The notes beneath the pieces are model-generated. The model had not been told where the DNA came from. It was given only the letters and a program-made list of their open reading frames with translations, and searched no databases. From an uncultured virus (IMG/VR IMGVR_UViG_3300025770_000015) (lineage: Duplodnaviria > Heunggongvirae > Uroviricota > Caudoviricetes): a stretch of 64,000 bases of DNA. The position numbers and the translations under genes were made by a program. The stretch is from the IMG/VR virus record IMGVR_UViG_3300025770_000015; one strand, 5' to 3'. Positions 56,519 through 64,000 of the stretch are shown here, one piece after another (the first letter of the stretch is position 1; every line of letters begins with the position of its first letter).

Positions 56519-58936
56519 TTAACTGCACTTCCCATAACCACAATCGGTACATGAAACACACCCGTCTTGATAGATCAACGAGTCGTTTCCACAGTCATCA
56601 CATCTTTTATCACTGGGTACTTCTCCGTTCTCTATATACCCTTTCAAGATACGAGCAATGCACTTACTGAAGCTGAACATATCGCTGTTTCGATCTTTCA
56701 AGAGTTGCTCGACCATAAACTTAGCTTTTGCTCCATGTCTCAAACCTAATGAGATCATACGAGCAAAGGCTAAGTTATTTGGGTTATTGAAGACTGAGAC
56801 TACATCCTTTATGACTAGCCCTTCATCTCCAATATGCAGATCATACTTACCGTTTTGAGTTTTGAACTGACGCTTAGAGATTTTCCCTGTGGTGTACTTC
56901 TTAGGGATCTCTATCAAACTCGCTTTCCCCCCAAATATCTCATATGGTTTATCTTCAAGCAACCCGACTAAAATGATCCATTTCTCACTTTGAATCTGAG
57001 AGTAATGAATATCACACTCAAGTAGAGCAGGTCGTTTTGGAGCTTGGTTTTGTGGGAAAGTTTCTTTTTCTTTCTTTGTCACCAAGACACCAGATCTTGA
57101 ACCATCAACATAAACAGTGACCCCTTTTAACTTTAGTCTCCAAGATTTCAAGTATATTTCACTGACCGTTTCCTCTGTCGTGTCTGAGGGGAGATTTATT
57201 GTGGATGAGATAGCATGGTCAATATGCTGTTGAATGGTTGCCTGGATCTCTACTCTTTTTTCCCATTTGATATTCTGACTTTCAGTGAAGAAATCTGGTA
57301 ATGGTTGATCTGGATTTAATGTTTTCCACTCTAAGATGTTGTGGTGGAACACTTCGTACTCATCCCAAACATCACCGACATCATCTACAAAACTTTTTTC
57401 AGTTTTGTTCTTCTCTTCAATCTTCCTTCTTCGCACATAAGAATTACGAAAGACGGGTTCTAATCCAGAACTTGTCTGAGACATTAGAGAAACACTACCT
57501 GTTGGAGCGTTAGTCAAGATGCTGATGTTTCTTCGCCCATGCAGTTTGATCCCATCTTGGATTTCTTGAGGAAGAGACTTTATGAAGAGGTTGTCTTTTT
57601 CTAAGTCATAATTGAAAGCTGGGAACGCACCTCGTTCTTGAGCTAGGTTTATGCTCTCTTTATACGCTTCACATTTAAGAGTCTTGTAGATCTCATCTGT
57701 TATTTTTAAAGCCTCATCACTATCATAGGGAAGATTAAGCCTAGCGAGTGCGTCAGCTAATCCATGAGTTCCTAATCCTGTGCGTCTACCATTTTCACAA
57801 GCAGTCAGTAGCTTTCCCCATAGGCTCTTTTCATCTTCGGTGTCTGATATTTGAATCAGGTTAGAGAGCTTTTCTAATTCTAACTCTACAAGATCATCGG
57901 AGAGTCTCATCGCACTTTGTACCGTTTTTGAGAAGTCCTCAAAGTTAAAAGCGGGATACTCTTCAAACGCATTTAGCACAAAGTGTTTCAGGTTGATGGA
58001 AATCAACCTACAAGAGTCATAAGCGGACAAGGGGATTTCGGCACAAGGATTTGTGCATATCGTTTTGAACTCTGGATATGCATTTGCAGGTAGGTAGTTT
58101 AAAATGTTATCCCACATCAAGAGTCCAGGTTCTGCTGTAGTTTTAGCCGAACGAACAATTGTTTCCCATAGATCCTTCGCAGAAATCGTCTTTGTATGTG
58201 TTGGGGATTCACTCTCCACAGGATACTGGAGTGTGAAATCTGAATCAGACTCCACGGCCTTCATGAACTCATCATTGATCCTGATGCTAATGTTAGCACC
58301 TGTCACTTTTGTGAGGTCATTCTTCATTGTGGTGAAGTTTTCGATGTCGGGGTGTCTGATGTCCATAGAGAGCATCAAAGCTCCTCTTCGACCATTCTGA
58401 CCAACCATGCGACAGACATGACTGTAGAAGTCGGCAAAGCTCCAAGCACCAGTAGTTGTACCCGCTGAATTTGAAACTTTAGAACCAGAGGGTCTTAATG
58501 AACTCAAATCGAGTCCAACACCACACCTTCTTTTAAAGAGGTTAGCGAGATCTCGCCCTGCATTCATGATGCTACTCATGTCATCACTTGGAGACTCCAC
58601 AACCACACAATTTGAGAGAGAGGTATTTATTTGGTTGTTACCGATCCCCATCATAGGAGATCCTTGAGGTACGATCTTCTTAAAATCTTTTAACAAGTCA
58701 TAGATGTCTTCCTCACTCATTTGTCCATCATTGGAAAACTTTGATTCGATCCTCGCAAATTCTGCACTTAATCTCTGGTGCATTTGATCTGGAGTTACCT
58801 CTAAGAACTCCCCATGCTTATTCTTCAACGCATACTTTGAAACCCAGACCTGACTTGCCAAAGAATCCCCGTTAAAGTACCTTAATGATTCTTCGGACAC
58901 CTTACTTAAAGAATACTCACCATTCATTATCCACAT
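56519..58936 (-). CDS. nrdJ: Class II (adenosylcobalamin-dependent) ribonucleotide reductase
   Basis: SNCVV, TNPCAEIPL, RRTGLG, APTGSVS; C-terminal Zn-ribbon; no adjacent beta subunit. Confidence 0.88.
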   Translation of the reverse strand: MWIMNGEYSLSKVSEESLRYFNGDSLASQVWVSKYALKNKHGEFLEVTPDQMHQRLSAEFARIESKFSNDGQMSEEDIYDLLKDFKKIVPQGSPMMGIGNNQINTSLSNCVVVESPSDDMSSIMNAGRDLANLFKRRCGVGLDLSSLRPSGSKVSNSAGTTTGAWSFADFYSHVCRMVGQNGRRGALMLSMDIRHPDIENFTTMKNDLTKVTGANISIRINDEFMKAVESDSDFTLQYPVESESPTHTKTISAKDLWETIVRSAKTTAEPGLLMWDNILNYLPANAYPEFKTICTNPCAEIPLSAYDSCRLISINLKHFVLNAFEEYPAFNFEDFSKTVQSAMRLSDDLVELELEKLSNLIQISDTEDEKSLWGKLLTACENGRRTGLGTHGLADALARLNLPYDSDEALKITDEIYKTLKCEAYKESINLAQERGAFPAFNYDLEKDNLFIKSLPQEIQDGIKLHGRRNISILTNAPTGSVSLMSQTSSGLEPVFRNSYVRRRKIEEKNKTEKSFVDDVGDVWDEYEVFHHNILEWKTLNPDQPLPDFFTESQNIKWEKRVEIQATIQQHIDHAISSTINLPSDTTEETVSEIYLKSWRLKLKGVTVYVDGSRSGVLVTKKEKETFPQNQAPKRPALLECDIHYSQIQSEKWIILVGLLEDKPYEIFGGKASLIEIPKKYTTGKISKRQFKTQNGKYDLHIGDEGLVIKDVVSVFNNPNNLAFARMISLGLRHGAKAKFMVEQLLKDRNSDMFSFSKCIARILKGYIENGEVPSDKRCDDCGNDSLIYQDGCVSCTDCGYGKCS

Positions 58937-59039
58937 ACCTTTCGATGTTTAGAAACTTAGTTCAAAAATAAGTTTGTTGAACCCCCCACCTTAAAAAGTA
59001 CCAACCAAAGGAGGGTTTCAAAGAGGGTGTATTTATTAA

Positions 59040-59975
59040 CTATAAAATACCAAGCACTCCGACTTTAAATTTCAACCAGGAACTCCTACCACCAGAAACC
59101 ACATTGTTTTCGCACTCATAAAGCACATTTAGAAGTCTTCTCAGATTAACAACCCCCCCAAAAGTATAAATCTTGGGTGTCATAAAGTTTTTTATGGCAT
59201 AAGGATTTTTCCCTAAATCTTCTGCGATATGATCCAAAGACATCTTTGCTTCCACTCGCAGACCTACCTCAAGTAGGTTGATACAGTTCGACAATAAGAT
59301 CCCATTACAGACTGCCATCGTTTGATCTGTCTTGGACGAACGCTCTATCTTTTCACAAACCTTGATGAACGCTTTATGATTCCTCTCCATGATCGCATTT
59401 GAAAGATCAATAAAGCTCGCTTCTGTTAAGTCAGAAATCAAGTTCATTACAATGTTGGGAGTGATCTCTTCTTCTTCCCCCACTGCATAAACATATTTGA
59501 CGACTTCCCATCGTAAAGCACCAAGATCAATCCCTACACGATTAACAATTGCACGACACAACACAGGGTCGATCTTCTTCGCATACTTTCCAACATACTT
59601 ATGCAACCAATCACTCGCCCATTCTTTTTTCTGATCCTCATATTGAGGTTCGTCTAGTTTACGATTCAGATAACCTTCTAAGGCTTTCGGTAAACGATCA
59701 TTCGTGTGAACTACTAAGACCTCACTACCACTCCTCGATTTGAGGTGCTGTTCTAACTTCTTGTTCTTTGTTGGATTGGTCAACACCACAAAGATCGGGT
59801 CGGTATCAAATAAACCAGATTCAAAAGATGATGTAAGATCATCTGTCTTAGCGTCTACCTCACGAACATCATATCCATTAGCCCGATACTCAAGGGTGAT
59901 GTCTCTAGCTGTCAACTCAATCCACTGTTTTGATGACCCATATAAGACCATCACATTCTCATCATTCCCTCTCAT
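59040..59975 (-). CDS. DNA polymerase III delta (HolA)-like clamp loader subunit
   Basis: DLGALRWEVVK and FIDLSNAI patterns, size, coupling to delta'-like gene. Confidence 0.6.
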   Translation of the reverse strand: MRGNDENVMVLYGSSKQWIELTARDITLEYRANGYDVREVDAKTDDLTSSFESGLFDTDPIFVVLTNPTKNKKLEQHLKSRSGSEVLVVHTNDRLPKALEGYLNRKLDEPQYEDQKKEWASDWLHKYVGKYAKKIDPVLCRAIVNRVGIDLGALRWEVVKYVYAVGEEEEITPNIVMNLISDLTEASFIDLSNAIMERNHKAFIKVCEKIERSSKTDQTMAVCNGILLSNCINLLEVGLRVEAKMSLDHIAEDLGKNPYAIKNFMTPKIYTFGGVVNLRRLLNVLYECENNVVSGGRSSWLKFKVGVLGIL

Positions 59976-60556
59976 TATTTAACCCCCAAGAAATAACCAT
60001 ATACGCACACTTTGCGTATATGAGGTCGTTTAAGGACTGCTTTAAGTTCATCGTCATAACGCTCTACCAACCCCTCATCAACCAACACATCCACATATGC
60101 TTCAAGAAAAGCTCTATGTTGCCCCTTTTCGATCTTTTTAAGACAATCAGATACTAGGACAAGGTTTTCATCTAAAGTAGCCTTAGAGAGCGTTTTAGCG
60201 TCCTCATAAAGTGGGTGTTGAGGTTGAGGCTGATAATGAAACCTCTCCCCACATCTTGAACGAATGGTTTCGGGTACAGAACCATAGTCTCTAGCCCATA
60301 AGATCAGTTCGGGGGCTGAGGGGTAGGGTTCTTCAATCCTCTTAAGTAAGATATCTAAGGTTTGAGGATTCGCTTCGTCAAGAGGACCTGCTACTAAGAG
60401 AGGATTATCATGAGGCCAAACTTGAGAGTACATCTCCACAAGCTCTTTAACAGCGTCAGTCTTTAAGTCTTGATAGGGAGGTTTGATGAGGGTTTTCCCC
60501 TCCATGAGGTCAGATAAAGCCCTCTCTACTCCCGATCCATGATGTATAAACAGCAT
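59975..60556 (-). CDS. DNA polymerase III delta' (HolB)-like clamp loader subunit
   Basis: LLKRIEEP and PETIRSRC (SRC motif). Confidence 0.72.
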   Translation of the reverse strand: MLFIHHGSGVERALSDLMEGKTLIKPPYQDLKTDAVKELVEMYSQVWPHDNPLLVAGPLDEANPQTLDILLKRIEEPYPSAPELILWARDYGSVPETIRSRCGERFHYQPQPQHPLYEDAKTLSKATLDENLVLVSDCLKKIEKGQHRAFLEAYVDVLVDEGLVERYDDELKAVLKRPHIRKVCVYGYFLGVK

Positions 60557-60599
60557 ATAGTCTCCTTTCTTTTACTCTTATAGGTTTTACCCTTTACAT

Positions 60600-61250
60600 C
60601 AACTCGTAAGTTTCATATAAGAGTGATCGTGTCATCCCTTTGGGGAGTTGTCTCTAGTCCTCTTAAGTGAGATCAAGACAGGAGATGGATAACAACCATT
60701 AGGTGGGATAGTCTACTTGTAGTACGCACCTAACGACACAAGATTAACTGTTCATACGCCGTGGCTTACATATATCCCTAACCTCTTAGTCGAGATTGGG
60801 TATGCTCCAGGGGAGAAGATCTGACTTAATACACTTGTTAAGTTTCATTCTAGGAATACCTCAACTAGATCAGATTAGTCTCTTGCCCGTAACTTACATT
60901 AGATACTCTTTAGAGTAGATAAACTCTTAGAGGAGTATACTCTAAGAGTTAGTAAGATACGAAGTATCGCTAGAGTTAAAAATAATACTAAGAAAAAAAC
61001 TACAACAACTTTAACTGTTACAAGTTCAAGTTCTACATCTACGAATATAGCTTCAGCTAATATGAGTTCTTCTACTATATGTCCTATAACATCTTAACCT
61101 ACATCTTCTACATCTTCGATTCTTCCAGATGTATGTCTTTTAAAGACACCTTATCAGTAAGGATAAGGTATCAAAAGATAGTATTTCCTCTTAGTAAACA
61201 GAGGAAATACGATATAATCTCTCTAAGATACTAAGAGAGAGATTAATAGA
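60600..61250. other. Non-coding palindrome-rich region (origin or ncRNA candidate)
   Basis: No ORF >60 aa; many inverted repeats e.g. AACTCTTAGAG/CTCTAAGAGTT, GTATTTCCTC/GAGGAAATAC. Confidence 0.45.
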
Positions 61251-61254
61251 AAAA

Positions 61255-61578
61255 ATGAAATTAATAGAAATCAACCTATCTGGAACAAAGGAAGAAAAGG
61301 TAAAGAGTTTATGTGAAGCTCTTAGCAGGAGGTTCTCAGGTTGTACTCTCTACAGGACTATCGGTTATTGGAGTGATGAGGGTTATCTGTTTAAGGAATC
61401 TTATGAGGGTATCAAAGAGGAACAGGGGTATGGGATAAAGGTCTTAATAGAAGAAGATCTTGATCAAGTGGAAAAGATCATAAGAACCTACTTATCGGAA
61501 ACAGAAATAAACTGGGTTCAAGTAGTCTCTTATAGGGTAGATATTCATCATGTAAACTTGGGGAGTTTAAGGGGGTAG
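61255..61578 (+). CDS. Hypothetical protein
   Basis: 107 aa; FSGCTLYRTIGYW motif. Confidence 0.6.
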   Translation: MKLIEINLSGTKEEKVKSLCEALSRRFSGCTLYRTIGYWSDEGYLFKESYEGIKEEQGYGIKVLIEEDLDQVEKIIRTYLSETEINWVQVVSYRVDIHHVNLGSLRG

Positions 61579-61626
61579 TTCATATAAAGGTAAGTGAACT
61601 ACCGACCTAAAAGGAGACTCACCCTT

Positions 61627-61974
61627 ATGAGTGATGTAAAAGATTTAAAAGAGCAGATCGTTCGTATCCGAAATTATACTGAGATTTCACAAATCACAGT
61701 CAGTCGAAGTGTAAAGATGCCTAGAGGTGGGGGGGATGTTTTTGTATCATTAACAGGCAACTATGGGGATCAAAATGAGTGTGTTGGTCCAGGTCTAAGT
61801 TTAGAGGATGCAAGGGTTGCAACTCATTTACTTGGACTTGAAGCAAATATCATGGCTTTTCAACAAGCTCATTCAGCAGGTATCTTATCGGGGGAGCAAT
61901 GCGAGAGTGCTATCCGACACACAAAGAACAACTTTGGTCAGCTCCTTATGAACCTAGATGGAGATAAAAAATGA
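61627..61974 (+). CDS. Hypothetical protein
   Basis: AAGGAG RBS; TCATATAA 40 nt upstream. Confidence 0.7.
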   Translation: MSDVKDLKEQIVRIRNYTEISQITVSRSVKMPRGGGDVFVSLTGNYGDQNECVGPGLSLEDARVATHLLGLEANIMAFQQAHSAGILSGEQCESAIRHTKNNFGQLLMNLDGDKK

Positions 61975-62810
61975 TTGAACAAGCGTATATTGATCGCATT
62001 TATGCACGACTTACGGAGATGGATGTCGTGTTAGACGCAGATCCTATTGAGTTTGGGCCTAGTCGGTTAAATTATAAAGTGTCTATCGTGCGTGGACACC
62101 TTTCCTCGACTGAAAAGATTTTCATGGAAGTCAGCCATAACCTCCAAAAATTCAAGCGTGATCTGTTGATCAAAAATACCGAGTATTCACTTGAGCAAAC
62201 ACAGCTCATTGCTAATGATCCTCATGTGCGTTCGGGTCGATCTCAAAAAGAGCGAGAAGCCTTAGCGGCAACTCGACTTGTCCATATCCAATCTAAGATC
62301 AACGACCACACGCTCTCCTCACATGACCTTGAGGACTTGATGACGGTTATCAAGGCAAAGCGTACAGACCTTAAAGACATTCAAGGTCGATTACGAGATC
62401 AGCTCAAGTTATGCCAAGAACAGATCGCTCTTGGACAGCGTTGGGGTTCAAAGACAATGACCTCTAAGACATTCAATGATCCGAATGTTATCTCTACTGA
62501 AGTCAACACAGCTAAACTTGTCGATCAGTTTATCACTCAGCGTCAAAACGCAGAAGCCAAAGTCGACCAGCAGGCTGAACAAATGACACAGGCAGAGCAA
62601 CTATCAGTCAAGCGAGAATCAATATCTGCTGATGATGAACTTGCAGTCGCTTTGGCTCAAGCACCAACAGAAAGCACCCCTTTAAATGGCACAAATACCA
62701 CAGCCAATGAGGATGAGATCAATGGCTTTGTAAAGACTCCTTTGGAGGATATTGATACGAATGTTGATGCGATTGACCTTGACGACCTTTTTGCTGAGTT
62801 TGGTGGGTAG
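61971..62810 (+). CDS. Coiled-coil protein with acidic C-terminal tail
   Basis: 279 aa; ATGA overlap; ends IDLDDLFAEFGG. Confidence 0.7.
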   Translation: MIEQAYIDRIYARLTEMDVVLDADPIEFGPSRLNYKVSIVRGHLSSTEKIFMEVSHNLQKFKRDLLIKNTEYSLEQTQLIANDPHVRSGRSQKEREALAATRLVHIQSKINDHTLSSHDLEDLMTVIKAKRTDLKDIQGRLRDQLKLCQEQIALGQRWGSKTMTSKTFNDPNVISTEVNTAKLVDQFITQRQNAEAKVDQQAEQMTQAEQLSVKRESISADDELAVALAQAPTESTPLNGTNTTANEDEINGFVKTPLEDIDTNVDAIDLDDLFAEFGG

Positions 62811-63066
62811 GACACTCAAGGTAGAGTTCTTTTGCATTGAGCATGACCTGAAGGGCATTAAACAAATCTTATAGAAGAGACTCGATAAAGAAGATTTAAG
62901 GGTTCGTCTTTGAACCTTTTTCTTGTCTCTTTGATTTCTCTGACTGGCTTCGCTGAATCTTCGCTACAACAAAGCGTACAGCATATCAATAGTATATAAG
63001 TCAGTTTCATCAGAAAAACCCCCCATTGTTAAATTATGAACATAGGGAGTATTTAATGATTATAAA

Positions 63067-63603
63067 TCAAATCTTGAGTGGGTCTCCGTTGTCGTCAAAA
63101 AGACGCTCAACATCAAATGAACCATCCTCTGATACTTTCATGCTCCATAGGTCTTTGGTCGCTTTGTGTACAAGAGTGGACTCACCACCTGCTTGACTTA
63201 AAAAGCTCGCTGAAAGATTAGGTCCACTCAACACAATAAAGTGGTCATTGATGTTTGCCACTTTCATACTCGCTACACGCAAAAAGTTAGCAGGAATACG
63301 ATCAATCTTATTCCGACCATCGAACTTAACGAACACTTCACCATCAAGAGAGGTAACATCACCTGTTGCGGTCTTAACAGATACAACAGTTCCCTTAGTA
63401 CCAGATGTCGGTAGTTGTCCAGGTAGTATAACACCGTTATTAGTGTGAGATACTACACGCATACCGTCATCAAAGTTAAGTGCTTCTCTTGTGTTCTGAC
63501 GACCACGATCTGTTAGATCAGAAATCCTAGTTTCAAGAACCGCGTCCATGCTTGAGGTCTTTTGAAACGACCCGAATACAATGTCATTTTCTTTCATAAC
63601 CAT
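63067..63603 (-). CDS. Hypothetical late protein
   Basis: AGGAGA RBS; late-type motif 63643-63657; KTS, RVA, KVA sites. Confidence 0.7.
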   Translation of the reverse strand: MVMKENDIVFGSFQKTSSMDAVLETRISDLTDRGRQNTREALNFDDGMRVVSHTNNGVILPGQLPTSGTKGTVVSVKTATGDVTSLDGEVFVKFDGRNKIDRIPANFLRVASMKVANINDHFIVLSGPNLSASFLSQAGGESTLVHKATKDLWSMKVSEDGSFDVERLFDDNGDPLKI

Positions 63604-63654
63604 TCTCCTATTGTGAATAGAGTGTTTGATTATGTGGGCGATATAAAGAGACTA

Positions 63655-63804
63655 TTAAACTCTCTCGTATTTGAGGACTACCTCAAGGCACTTCTCTGGG
63701 TTCATCCAAAGATCACGCTTTAGGAGTTGTTTGATTTGCTCCTTAATGCTTGTGTGTTTGAGATAAATACTCTCCAACATTCCCATAAGTCCATCGACTC
63801 TTTC
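63655..63804 (-). pseudogene. ClpP-like C-terminal fragment
   Basis: LMGMLESIYLKHTSIKEQIKQLLKRDLWMNPEKCLE resembles ClpP C-terminus; in-frame TGA just upstream. Confidence 0.55.
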
Positions 63805-64000
63805 TCATCTACTCTCACGAATAATGTAAAAACCCTCTAACCAAGCTAAAACTAGAGGTCTTAGCGATTTTGTTGCTATTGGGGAAAAACAATCTGGCAT
63901 TTTCCGATGCCCTAAGATGCAGTGGTCTTTTTTATACGAAAGGCAGTGGTCTTTTTCATCACACGCTTTGGATACATCGAGGAGTTTTAGACATCCTCTC

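Noticed and set aside
1..64000. CRISPR array, integrase, transposase or rRNA
   Set aside because: No regularly spaced repeat-spacer units or matching motifs seen

Overview
A 64-kb segment of a large (jumbo-like) contractile-tailed dsDNA phage using the standard genetic code; host cannot be determined from this window. It holds a minus-strand tRNA cluster (Glu, two Arg, an aberrant Tyr, two degenerate tRNA-like genes) interleaved with hairpin-rich non-coding blocks; dispersed virion genes (1597-aa tail sheath, neck-like protein, three fibre/adhesin proteins); DNA metabolism genes (ATP-dependent ligase, ThyX, class II RNR, RecD2-like and SNF2 helicases, SbcD/Mre11-like nuclease, clamp-loader delta/delta'-like pair); a fused restriction-modification enzyme; and a free-standing endonuclease. 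The most notable signal is six otherwise unrelated genes sharing a ~22-aa N-terminal leader (M[RK][RK]SA[ST]...L[EQ]xR[IV]AxLE), most behind a conserved ~65-bp promoter/RBS module. Related basic leaders ending in [KR]-x-[AS] sit on a HAD phosphatase, a 2H phosphoesterase and an Ntn-hydrolase/GGCT fusion. I infer an exchangeable virion-cargo targeting and processing system. Three recurring upstream motifs define apparent promoter classes. All assignments are from motif reading only; no database searches were run.
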